Shown piece after piece: positions 47,859 to 57,024 of a stretch of 64,000 nucleotides of DNA. Origin of the DNA: Candidatus Omnitrophota bacterium (GTDB lineage: Bacteria > Omnitrophota > Gorgyraeia > Zapsychrales > JANLHA01); contig JAKQKX010000090.1 in the NCBI GenBank assembly GCA_029560465.1, positions 72,189 through 136,188 on the forward strand. Reading direction: 5' to 3'. Under the pieces are notes generated by a model, which did no database searches, was not told where the DNA came from, and worked only from the letters and a program-made list of their open reading frames with translations. A program made the translations under genes and the position numbers. The number at the start of each line of letters is the position of its first letter. The first letter of the stretch is position 1.

Positions 47859-47992
47859 AGGGTTCGCTTCCTTTCAAAATATTCTGCCGTTGCCTGTCTT
47901 ATTGTGCAGTCGTGTTATTATACCCTTCCCGTTTGGTTCTGTCTAATAAAAATGCCCGGGGCTGTCAGCTCAAATTCTGGCTTATATTTTGT

Positions 47993-49504
47993 TTATTCAA
48001 CCGCTTCCAAATCCTGTTGAGAAAAAACATCCGCCGTGAAAATCTCGATCTGAATCTTGGGGTCTTTCCAGGCATCAGGCGGCAATCCGGCTTTATGCGC
48101 GCACAGGTTTGATAAAAACTGCTCCCGGTTCCAACCGGTTTCCGTGGCCACCTGCGGGAGAAAAACCCCCTGATGAAATATTCCCTTGCGCACAATCACG
48201 CCGTGCGTCCCCATTTCAATCTCACGGACATCCCGGCATCGGCGCGGCTGGGATAAAACCGATATCTCTATGTCCAACTGATCCAGTTCCTCCTTTGTCA
48301 CAGCCGGAAAACGGGGGTCCTGGGTGGCGGCCGCGATCGCCATATCCCGGACCGTAAGATACAACGGCCCCCGGGCGACAATATTCCCAATACAGCCACG
48401 CAGGGCTTTGCGTTTATGCAGGGTCACAAACGCCCCTTCTTCCGCCGAAAGGCGCGGGTCAGTCTCCTGAAAACTCATAACGGTCCCGTTAAGGATATGG
48501 TCCTGAATTGTCTTGCGGGCGATCTCAATCAACCGGGCCTTTTGCCCGCGGGTTAACGGGGCGACGCCCTCTGGCGTGCCCGCCTCTTTCTGAAGGTCGT
48601 CCTTTCCCGCTTTCATCGCTCCCCCCGGCTTATAAAACAGGATAGACGTGTACCCCACGACGCGGCCCTTGTCCCCAGACACATCCCCGGAATTGGCGTA
48701 TTTCAACACCTGGGGCTTAAGCCCCCGCTTCCGGGCCAAGAATAACGCGGCGGTCACCGGGTGCGACCCGCACATTTCAAATTCACGGGAGCTCGTTTTT
48801 GTCCAAAAGTCCTCCAACGCCAAATTCTCAATCGCCTGAATCGTCCTTCGATCCTTGTCCCGTGCGGTTCTGTCATCATGATAATGCGACATGTCAGAAC
48901 TCACCACGATCAAAACGTCCTGGCGATCTCCGATCAAGGCATCAAGGCTGTCGGCGAAGGACTCGCAAAGGTCCTTACCGGGCTGCCCAAAAATCACGGG
49001 AACGATCTTAAAATCCTTAAATGTTTTTTGCAGAAACGGCAGATGAACCTCAAGGGCATGCTCACGGTCAAACGCCTGCGGGGCATTGATAAAGGCTTCA
49101 TTTTTCTCAAGCAATTTGGCGGCAAACTCACTGTCAACCGGAATATCGCCTAACGGGGTGGTGAAGGCCCCCTCCTTCCAGATGGACACTCCGTCAAAAG
49201 GATAATGATGGCTGGGAGAGATGACAACAATTGTGCGGTATGCCTTGTGGCTCAAAGCCTTGTAGCCGTAAGCGGCCACGCCTCCGGAATACACATAACC
49301 AGCGTGAGGAGCGATCAGGATAAGCGCCTCCTTATCCGTCGGGGCGACATCCGCCTCCTTAAAAAACTGGTCAATATCAGCCGCGAGCCGGCCGGGGTTT
49401 GCGCTATAAAACTGGCCGCTGACATTCGGCTGTTTTATATTGTTACCATGAGCTCCGGGAGTCATAAAAAAAAATACCCACAATAATATAATAACGGTTT
49501 TCAT
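47993..49504 (-). CDS. fusion of AmmeMemoRadiSam system protein B (Memo-like) and protein A (AMMECR1 domain), with an N-terminal signal peptide
   Basis: The product is 503 aa. The N-terminal half matches Memo/extradiol-dioxygenase-like proteins (GQFYS ... ILIAPHAGYVYSG ... SSDMSHYH). The C-terminal half matches AMMECR1 (GAFVTLHK ... LRGCIG ... FLPQV). The first 20 aa (MKTVIILLWVFFFMTPGAHG) look like a cleavable signal peptide. Confidence 0.75.
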   Translation of the reverse strand: MKTVIILLWVFFFMTPGAHGNNIKQPNVSGQFYSANPGRLAADIDQFFKEADVAPTDKEALILIAPHAGYVYSGGVAAYGYKALSHKAYRTIVVISPSHHYPFDGVSIWKEGAFTTPLGDIPVDSEFAAKLLEKNEAFINAPQAFDREHALEVHLPFLQKTFKDFKIVPVIFGQPGKDLCESFADSLDALIGDRQDVLIVVSSDMSHYHDDRTARDKDRRTIQAIENLALEDFWTKTSSREFEMCGSHPVTAALFLARKRGLKPQVLKYANSGDVSGDKGRVVGYTSILFYKPGGAMKAGKDDLQKEAGTPEGVAPLTRGQKARLIEIARKTIQDHILNGTVMSFQETDPRLSAEEGAFVTLHKRKALRGCIGNIVARGPLYLTVRDMAIAAATQDPRFPAVTKEELDQLDIEISVLSQPRRCRDVREIEMGTHGVIVRKGIFHQGVFLPQVATETGWNREQFLSNLCAHKAGLPPDAWKDPKIQIEIFTADVFSQQDLEAVE

Positions 49505-49989
49505 AAATTTTTTGCTTCAAAATACCGGTCAAGGCTCATACAGGACGTCTTGGAAAAATATTTTAAGAGTCCCCCGACAGCCAGAAATAATCCCATATCG
49601 AGTAATATACTAACATGAAGCGGGAGAGAAAGCAACTCACCGTAACAGCCGCAATCCTGCATCGGCAGTTTCCGGAGGACCGCCTGAGTTAGCATAATAA
49701 TGAACGCGCTGATCATGAGCAGCGAAAGCCGAAGCACCGGTTTAAGCCATAAACCTAACACCAGAAAAACCCCCAGGAAGAACTCAACCCAGGGAACGAT
49801 CATCGCTGCGAAACGGGCCAGGAATGGGGGAAGAATGTCGTACCCCTGAATGACATAAAAGAAATTTTCATAAGGGGCCAACAGCTTTTCAGCGGCCACA
49901 ACCACAAAAAACCCCCCGATAAGAACCCGGGCAACAACATGAATATGACAGGACACTTTCATAGACATATGGACAGGGCCGTGGAACAA
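49501..49989 (-). CDS. DoxX/MauE-like integral membrane protein with a CGC motif
   Basis: The product has four predicted TM helices. A C-terminal MQDCGCYGELLSL motif is present. It overlaps the start of the Memo-AMMECR1 gene by 4 nt. Confidence 0.5.
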   Translation of the reverse strand: MFHGPVHMSMKVSCHIHVVARVLIGGFFVVVAAEKLLAPYENFFYVIQGYDILPPFLARFAAMIVPWVEFFLGVFLVLGLWLKPVLRLSLLMISAFIIMLTQAVLRKLPMQDCGCYGELLSLPLHVSILLDMGLFLAVGGLLKYFSKTSCMSLDRYFEAKNL

Positions 49990-50277
49990 GGAACAAAATC
50001 CAGCCCTTTATTTCAACTGATAATCCAGCATATCTTTTAAAGCTTTTGTGCCAACAAACATCTGGCCATTCACAAAATACGTCGGGGCCGAGTTAACCAT
50101 TTCCCCTGACCTTGGGCCTTTGATTCTCTCACCAAAGCCAAAGTACGTTCATCCTGGCGGCAGGACTCCAGTAATTTTTATTAAGACCCGCTGTTTCGGC
50201 AATTTGAATTCAATACTGTTCTCGATCCGGACTTTCTTTCCATTCCTGATACGGGGATTGGGAATCTTTAAAAAACC

Positions 50278-51933
50278 TCACGCCAGCTGCGGCCCGGCCT
50301 TCTCCAACTCTTTTCCGACATCCGTGTCAGTAAAGTTCTTAAAATGGGTTTGAAACATTTCCGCGAGTTTCCTGGCGGAATTGTCATATTCATTTTTATC
50401 CTTCCAGCATTCCCTGGGATTGAGATATTGATTGCTTCCCCCCGCCACATGTTTAGGAATCCTTAAGTTAAAAACCGGCATCACGTTACATTCCTCGTGG
50501 TCAATAGACCCTTCCAGGATCGCATCAATGATCGCCCGGGTCTCCTGAATCGGGATACGGTGCCCCACGCCGTATTTCCCTCCGATCCATCCGGTATTAA
50601 CCAGGTACGCCGCTGAACCGTGCTGCGCCATTTTCTTCCCCAGTATTTCCGCGTAAACCGTTGGGTGAAGCGGCAAAAAGGCCTGACCGAAGCAGGCGGA
50701 AAAAGACGGCTGCGGCTCTTTGATCCCCAACTCCGTGCCCGCGACTTTTGCGGTATACCCGCTCAAGAAATGATACATCGTCTGTTCTTTCGTCAATTTG
50801 GCAACCGGAGGTAAAATTCCATAAGCGTCACAAGTCAGGAAAATAATCTTCAAAGGATGCGTCCCCTTAGAAACAGGCTTCACGATATTATCAATATGAT
50901 AAATCGGATAGGACACCCGGGTGTTCTGGGTTTTAGCCACAGAGGTAAAATCCACCGTCCCTTGAGGATCAACAACAACATTCTCCAAAAGGGCGTCCCG
51001 ACGGATCGCCTTACAAATTTCAGGTTCATTTTGGGGGGAAAGGTTGATGCATTTGGCGTAACACCCGCCCTCAAAATTAAAAACCCCATCATCATCCCAT
51101 CCGTGTTCATCATCACCGATCAGCTGGCGCTTCGGATCCGTGGACAGGGAGGTCTTGCCCGTCCCGGACAAGCCAAAAAACAAAGCCGTATCCCCGTTCT
51201 TCCCCTTATTCGCGGAACAGTGAAAAGAGCCGATGCCTTTCAACGGGAGGAAATAATTCATGATGGTAAAAATCCCTTTTTTGATTTCCCCGCCATACCA
51301 AGTCCCTCCGATACACGTCATTCTCTCCGCGATATGAAACGCGGCGAACACCTCCGACCGCATCCCGTATTTTTGAAAATCCGGGCAGGCGGCTTTGCAC
51401 GCATGCAAAATCGTCCAGTCCGGCTTAAAATCATTCAGCTCTTTTTCAGCCGGACGGATAAACATGTTCTTAAAGAAATGCGCCACCCAGGCGACCTCGG
51501 TGATAATCCGCACCGAAAGCCGGGTGTCTTTGTTCGCTCCGCAAAATCCGTCCATGACATACAGCGTCTTGCCGCTAAGCTGTTTCAGAGAGATTTCTTT
51601 CAGGGCCGCCCAGCCTTCCGGAGAAAGACGGCGGTTATCGGCATTATTACCCGTTGGGGAAGACAATCCCGTGCCCCACCAAATATTGTCTTTAGACGAC
51701 GGCTCTTCCACGAAATATTTATCTTTGGGAGAACGTCCGGTAAAACGGCCGGTGTCCACAGCAACAGCCCCGAGGTCTGTCAGGACCCCTTTCTCATACC
51801 CATCTAAAGCCGGGTTAAGCTCTTCTTGATATATTTCATCATAGGAAAGATTATATAAAATCTTTTCTACGTTTGTAATTCCGACTTTTTCGAGTCCAAG
51901 ATCCGCAATAGTCTTCATCAACGACTCCTCCAT
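50278..51933 (-). CDS. pckA: phosphoenolpyruvate carboxykinase (ATP)
   Basis: The 551-aa product has a kinase-1a motif [14 protein letters not shown] and a conserved ATP-PEPCK core. Confidence 0.9.
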   Translation of the reverse strand: MEESLMKTIADLGLEKVGITNVEKILYNLSYDEIYQEELNPALDGYEKGVLTDLGAVAVDTGRFTGRSPKDKYFVEEPSSKDNIWWGTGLSSPTGNNADNRRLSPEGWAALKEISLKQLSGKTLYVMDGFCGANKDTRLSVRIITEVAWVAHFFKNMFIRPAEKELNDFKPDWTILHACKAACPDFQKYGMRSEVFAAFHIAERMTCIGGTWYGGEIKKGIFTIMNYFLPLKGIGSFHCSANKGKNGDTALFFGLSGTGKTSLSTDPKRQLIGDDEHGWDDDGVFNFEGGCYAKCINLSPQNEPEICKAIRRDALLENVVVDPQGTVDFTSVAKTQNTRVSYPIYHIDNIVKPVSKGTHPLKIIFLTCDAYGILPPVAKLTKEQTMYHFLSGYTAKVAGTELGIKEPQPSFSACFGQAFLPLHPTVYAEILGKKMAQHGSAAYLVNTGWIGGKYGVGHRIPIQETRAIIDAILEGSIDHEECNVMPVFNLRIPKHVAGGSNQYLNPRECWKDKNEYDNSARKLAEMFQTHFKNFTDTDVGKELEKAGPQLA

Positions 51934-52073
51934 TAATAATAATCTTTCCTTAATTATTCACCCCTTATTCGGAGTCCTATCATACACATTTTTCAAAGGT
52001 AACGCAATTCAAAATTCAGCCGGCTGATCTCTGCCTGGATTCGCCATGGACCCGGTTCTAATGGGAAAAAACG

Positions 52074-53480
52074 TTAAAAATTCGAACAAAACAGGATAAA
52101 CCTTTTCTGTCCAGGGGACACGGCAACGTCCCCCAGCAAAACATCCTGCCCCAGAAAAAACGTATAATGCCCCGGATCAAGAATAAACCGGGCGATCCGG
52201 ATTTCTGCCGGGAGAGTCTGCCATGATCTCAGGTCCGCCCGGTCAACCGCCAAGTTAAGAAAACTGGCCAAGACGGGAAACCATCGGGCTCTGTCTCGCC
52301 CATGCTTTTCCGCGATTTCATTCTCGATATGCCTTTCAATAAAATACCGGCCAGCTGACCGGGCCGCCCCTTTAATCATAATTCTTGTCTTGCGGTCAGC
52401 AAGATTCTTGCTCGCGATACGGCTGATCTCTTCTCCGGCTTCCGTCTCGGCATGCCTAACCTTCCCCTGCTGATCCCGCACGCTGATCACGCGCAACCCG
52501 TCCTCATGGGAACGCGCGGAATATTGGGGAAAAGAAAAGCTGGAAACATACCCCCCGGGAAGAGGGATCAGCACGCTTTCCGTCCGTTTGTCCGGCACTG
52601 ATCCGTGATATTGGATAATAATCACTTCTGCTTTGAGACTTTTTTCTTTTAAGCTCGGGCAGTCCTGTCCTGATAGCGCGCCCTGATACTGTCCCTCATC
52701 CGGACCGCCCGTCCATCGGGCCAAGGTGCACAAATTTTCCAACAACACCCGAGGCGGTTCCAAGCCATAATGCTCCCGATAATCGTTCGCATAAGCATCA
52801 TAAGCCTTTTCATAGGAAATCAACGCGTCATTCAGGTTGCCGTACGAACCTGCCGACTCATACAGGATTCCGGCTAACAACCTGGCGAAAGCGTCCTCCC
52901 GGTAAACATTTTTCTGTCCCGGGGGATACTGTTCATTAATAACCGCGAGTTTGCTGTCAACATCGCGGGCCTCCACGAGCGCGGATTCATAATCCTCAAG
53001 AGCGGCGAAATTCAAAGCCTGAAAAATATTCACCATGACCCGCTCAAAATCCTCCCCCCGGTAAGGAAGGGCATAATCATTCGCAACCCAGCTGGCCGCG
53101 ATCTTCGTCAAGGATTCAGTGTACAGGTCTTCCCACAGCGACTTCGCGTTTTCGAAAACAGCGATGCTCTCCCGGTACTGGCCGTTGAGATGCAGGATCA
53201 TTCCTTTTTCCAGCAGGAATAAAAGCTGATTATTCTTCCCGTAGAGCGCCTGACGGGTTTCAAGCGCAGTCAGGGCCTGGGCGTACCGGCCCGACGCCGC
53301 CAAACGGCCCACCTGCGGCTGCACCGTCATCACCGAGGCGCAGGAGGACAGGCTAACGGCCGTCCCGGCTAACAATAAAAAAAAAATGCCATACAACAAA
53401 GAGGGCACCGCCGCTCCAATCACGTAAACATCATCTGAAGGGAGGGGTTTAGGAAGAAAACGCCAGCGGGGAAACATCAC
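52074..53480 (-). CDS. hypothetical lipoprotein (possibly COG3014-type), translationally coupled to lpoB
   Basis: The 468-aa product has a lipobox (LSSC) and a TPR-like N-terminal region. Its stop overlaps the upstream LpoB-like gene by 4 nt (ATGA). Confidence 0.45.
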   Translation of the reverse strand: MMFPRWRFLPKPLPSDDVYVIGAAVPSLLYGIFFLLLAGTAVSLSSCASVMTVQPQVGRLAASGRYAQALTALETRQALYGKNNQLLFLLEKGMILHLNGQYRESIAVFENAKSLWEDLYTESLTKIAASWVANDYALPYRGEDFERVMVNIFQALNFAALEDYESALVEARDVDSKLAVINEQYPPGQKNVYREDAFARLLAGILYESAGSYGNLNDALISYEKAYDAYANDYREHYGLEPPRVLLENLCTLARWTGGPDEGQYQGALSGQDCPSLKEKSLKAEVIIIQYHGSVPDKRTESVLIPLPGGYVSSFSFPQYSARSHEDGLRVISVRDQQGKVRHAETEAGEEISRIASKNLADRKTRIMIKGAARSAGRYFIERHIENEIAEKHGRDRARWFPVLASFLNLAVDRADLRSWQTLPAEIRIARFILDPGHYTFFLGQDVLLGDVAVSPGQKRFILFCSNF

Positions 53481-54091
53481 AACGAATATTTGCTTCTTTT
53501 AACGGATTTCTTGATATTCTTCTGGCCGATCCAGACCTTCTGGTTCGTCTCAATATCGACAAGCTCGAGATTAACCTGATACAGGATGACATACCGCCCC
53601 GACACTTCATCCTTGACGGAATTGATACTCCCCAGCACGATAAAGTCAGCCCCGGTCTCTTTGCCGAACACCTTAATCGTGGCAGGATCAGTATAGCCTT
53701 CCTGCTGGGATGACCGTTCATCCCGGACAGCATCCCGCTCCTCGCCCTTAGCCGCGACGAACTTGATCTTCCCGGAATTCAGGAGGTTCCTTTCCAAGTC
53801 TTTAATAAACACAGCGGCGTTAATATGCTCATGACTGCGGTTCGTGACCGGGCCGACGACCACCACCGGAAGGCGTTTATGGATCTCCATAAATGTTTGA
53901 CTCCAAGGTCGAAACAACGCGTCCTGGATCATCTCTTTGGCAACTAGCTGCGAATCCGAATCATTCCAGCGGCCGCTGAGGTCAACGACCTCTTCAGGGT
54001 TAAGGCGTTTGACGCGTTTAGAAGCGCATCCCGGAAACGAGACCAAAGACAAGGCCAGAATGGCCACCCCAAAAATCTTTATATGACGCAT
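53477..54091 (-). CDS. lpoB: penicillin-binding protein activator LpoB-like lipoprotein
   Basis: The 204-aa product has a lipobox (FPGCAS). A DLSGRWNDSD block and a C-terminal FIVLGSI...YQVNLELVDIETNQKVW block match the COG3417/LpoB pattern. Confidence 0.65.
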   Translation of the reverse strand: MRHIKIFGVAILALSLVSFPGCASKRVKRLNPEEVVDLSGRWNDSDSQLVAKEMIQDALFRPWSQTFMEIHKRLPVVVVGPVTNRSHEHINAAVFIKDLERNLLNSGKIKFVAAKGEERDAVRDERSSQQEGYTDPATIKVFGKETGADFIVLGSINSVKDEVSGRYVILYQVNLELVDIETNQKVWIGQKNIKKSVKRSKYSL

Positions 54092-54132
54092 ACCCCTCTC
54101 CTATGTTAGAAATCCTTACACACTGTTATCGG

Positions 54133-54696
54133 TTATTTCCCGTTACGGATAATAAAACTGTCAGGATAAGCTTTCTTGACTTGAGGCAAATATTTATCCG
54201 CTTCTTCTTTTGTATTAAAAGTCCCGACATAAATCCGGTGCCACAGGCCTTTATCACCCAAATCTTTGGTCGCGAGATACGCCGTAGGGTACCCGGAATC
54301 CTTGATTTTCTTCAAAGCCTCTTGAGCCCGGAGCTGATCTTTGGAAGACAGCACCTGGATCGTAAACGGGATCTTTGAAAAATCTTTCTGGTCAAGGTCT
54401 TGAGGCTTGAGCGCCGGCGGGCTGCCGGCCGGCTTCTCGGCAGGCGGGGGGACAACCGGGGCAGCGGTCGAAACCAGCGTCGGGGTTCTTTCTAAAGGCG
54501 CGGCCACGCTGCCGTCGGACTGTACGAATTCATATTCAATAGCGGGTTCCAACTCGCTTTCATCTTCCGTGAAAACTTCTCCCAAAGGCAGCACATCCTG
54601 TCCGCTCTGGTAATTAAACGTAACCAGAACCAAAACCACGACCCCCACTACGATGAACCAGATCAACCATTGATTTTTCATAAGACACCTCCTCAA
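54133..54696 (-). CDS. SPOR domain protein
   Basis: The 187-aa product has an N-terminal TM and a Pro-rich linker. The C-terminal SPOR fold reads FTIQVLSSKD...YPTAYLATKDLGDKGLWHRIYVGTF. Confidence 0.7.
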   Translation of the reverse strand: MRRCLMKNQWLIWFIVVGVVVLVLVTFNYQSGQDVLPLGEVFTEDESELEPAIEYEFVQSDGSVAAPLERTPTLVSTAAPVVPPPAEKPAGSPPALKPQDLDQKDFSKIPFTIQVLSSKDQLRAQEALKKIKDSGYPTAYLATKDLGDKGLWHRIYVGTFNTKEEADKYLPQVKKAYPDSFIIRNGK

Positions 54697-54789
54697 AGAC
54701 CTAAAATTTAATATTGTCTATTTTGCGGGATATAATATTTTAACCTCTTGTATGATACCGCTCAACCCTCTTCTGTTCAACCCCGAAAT

Positions 54790-55629
54790 CTAAAATAATT
54801 CGTTCTGATACCCGGGCCCCACGGGCGGAGCTTCAAAATGGCCTGTTTTGGGCAGGGTCGGGGGTTGTGGGAAATGCCCTTCCAGAGCGCCTTCAACGAG
54901 GTCTTTAATCTCGTCGGTAAAATTCTGGGTCAGGATCCATTCCAAATATTTGCGGTCTTTTTGCGCAATGGTTTTCAACCCTTCCTTCCGGGCATATTTC
55001 CCAAACATCATGTACAATTCTCCGTTCCACCAGCGGAACTTACGGCCGGTATCATAAAAATCCGTCCGTTGCTTATAATCAAAACCCTGCAGGGCGTCCA
55101 AGTTCTCCGCTCCCCGCCCATATTTATTCAACTGGGCGGCCAGGACTTCAAGGGTCGCCTCAGAATCGACGATGGCGGAATGCGCCCCCTCCAGCTCTTT
55201 ATGGCAATAAAAATTGTAAGCGGCCGTCAGGTCCCGCCGTTCGTGCAGGTGATAAATCTTCTGGGCGTCATAAACCGCCCGCCGGGAATAGTCAAATTTG
55301 ATCCCGGCATCCGAAAATTCTCTCGTCAAAAGCGGCAAATCAAACCGCTCGATGTTGAATCCAGCCAGATCCGCGTCGGCCAGGAACTCCAGGACTTCTC
55401 CGGCGATCTGCCGGAAATAAGGGGCGTCCCTCACGTCGTCATTGTTGATCCCGGTCACCTCGACCACTTCAGGAGGAATGGGCATCCCGGGATTCACCCT
55501 TTTCTCATAAGAAAGACGCCCGCCGTCGGCAAGGCACCGGATCATCCCGACTTCTATAATCCGATCCTTGTCGATCCAGGTCCCGGTCGTCTCAAGGTCC
55601 AGCACAACCAAAGGTCGTTGAAGCTTCAT
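54790..55629 (-). CDS. DnaQ-like 3'-5' exonuclease (DEDDh) with a C-terminal extension
   Basis: The 279-aa product has an Exo I motif VVLDLETTG, an Exo II motif AGFNIERFDLPLL and an Exo III motif HSAIVDSEA. Confidence 0.75.
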   Translation of the reverse strand: MKLQRPLVVLDLETTGTWIDKDRIIEVGMIRCLADGGRLSYEKRVNPGMPIPPEVVEVTGINNDDVRDAPYFRQIAGEVLEFLADADLAGFNIERFDLPLLTREFSDAGIKFDYSRRAVYDAQKIYHLHERRDLTAAYNFYCHKELEGAHSAIVDSEATLEVLAAQLNKYGRGAENLDALQGFDYKQRTDFYDTGRKFRWWNGELYMMFGKYARKEGLKTIAQKDRKYLEWILTQNFTDEIKDLVEGALEGHFPQPPTLPKTGHFEAPPVGPGYQNELF

Positions 55630-55711
55630 AAAATCTCCTCATGTTTCCTCTGACGGGTTAACCGAACGGCGCATTGATGTTCAGCCGCCGTTCCGTCGGA
55701 CGCCCGCCAGA

Positions 55712-56980
55712 TCAAGGTCCGGCGGGCGTATACCAGCCAAACGTATTCCCTTCTTTTTCATTAGCGAGAAGGCCGATCTTCCCAGTCTGGGGTTCCAGGA
55801 CCAGCAACCCCAGGAAATAATGCTCCATCACCACATAACGACCGCTGGGTGTCCAGCGCATATGCTTGATCGCCAGTTCCCCACCGCTATATTGATACCG
55901 GGGGATATCGCTCCTGCGGGGAACACGGGGAATGCGGAACAATTTCCTTCGCCACCAGCGGTTATGGATATAATAAAGATAATCAAAATCATCAACCCCG
56001 ATCCTAGCGCCCTGCGCGGATATCCGAGAAAAGTGCTTCTTCCCCTCCTGGCCGAACGACAGGTCCTGCCCCCTGGTAAAAATATCAATCCCGCGCAAAG
56101 AGAGGTTCTCTTGAGGGAGCTTTTGTTCATCAAAAGGGAACATGATGATCAATTCCGGTTTCAGCGTCGTCAAGGGGATCTGATAAACTTTCACCTCATA
56201 CGGGTTAGCGTACACCGTCGTATCCAATGCGTTGAACCAGAGGTTGTAAAGGTGCTCTCCCTTCTTGTCCCACAGCAGGGCGTTTATCTTCAACGCCGGG
56301 CTCTTGAGCATCTGCTTGGATTGATCGGCCAGGTTGTAAATAATCCAATGATCTATCGATGAAAATTCGGTCCATCTCGCGACATGGTAACAAAAGCGCC
56401 GGCTGTCCGGGCCCCAGACGACACCATCAACGACCCCCTTGACGGCACCAGGGGGCTCGTCACCCTGGGCCAAAATTTCGATCTCCCGGCGGCTCTGGTC
56501 TCTCTGATGGAGGGCCCACAAGCCGCTTTCCGTCGCGATCAGCACATGCATCCCGTCCGGGGAAAAATGATACGTCCGCACCGCGCCCGCCGATTCAAAC
56601 ACAACCTCCCGCTGCGTGCCATTGGCGTTCATCCGCACCAACTGGTTCTCGTGGATAAAATAGATCTTCAAATCTTCTTCCACCCACTCCGTTGTGGGGG
56701 TGACCTTGTAAGAAAAATCCAAAGATGCCTTTTCGACAAGGTTGACCATATAACTATAAAACGTCAAGGCGATGAGCAGGGCAAACCCGGCCAAAAGGCA
56801 ATAATGCAGCACATGATTGACCGTTTGGACAACCACCTTGCGCCTGATCCGCCGTAAAAAAAGGGTCAGGACAATCGACCCGAGTCCGGCCACGTAGAGA
56901 ATCAAGATAAGCAGAATATGCTCAAAATGGCTGTTAATAAAATCAATGACCTGTTTGAAAAAAGAAATAATCAGTTCCAT
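55712..56980 (-). CDS. membrane-anchored putative beta-propeller protein
   Basis: The 422-aa product has two N-terminal TM helices. It then shows a beta-strand-rich repeat pattern (W/Y-rich), like TolB/WD40-type propellers. No family was recognised. Confidence 0.4.
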   Translation of the reverse strand: MELIISFFKQVIDFINSHFEHILLILILYVAGLGSIVLTLFLRRIRRKVVVQTVNHVLHYCLLAGFALLIALTFYSYMVNLVEKASLDFSYKVTPTTEWVEEDLKIYFIHENQLVRMNANGTQREVVFESAGAVRTYHFSPDGMHVLIATESGLWALHQRDQSRREIEILAQGDEPPGAVKGVVDGVVWGPDSRRFCYHVARWTEFSSIDHWIIYNLADQSKQMLKSPALKINALLWDKKGEHLYNLWFNALDTTVYANPYEVKVYQIPLTTLKPELIIMFPFDEQKLPQENLSLRGIDIFTRGQDLSFGQEGKKHFSRISAQGARIGVDDFDYLYYIHNRWWRRKLFRIPRVPRRSDIPRYQYSGGELAIKHMRWTPSGRYVVMEHYFLGLLVLEPQTGKIGLLANEKEGNTFGWYTPAGP

Positions 56981-57024
56981 AATGTTCTCTCATTAAATAT
57001 TCCGGGCGCTGCCCCCTCCTCCCG

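Noticed and set aside
50857-51807. 316-aa plus-strand ORF
   Set aside because: It is antisense to pckA, which has an unambiguous kinase-1a motif.
54838-55653. 271-aa plus-strand ORF
   Set aside because: It is antisense to the DnaQ-like exonuclease gene, whose Exo I-III motifs are intact.
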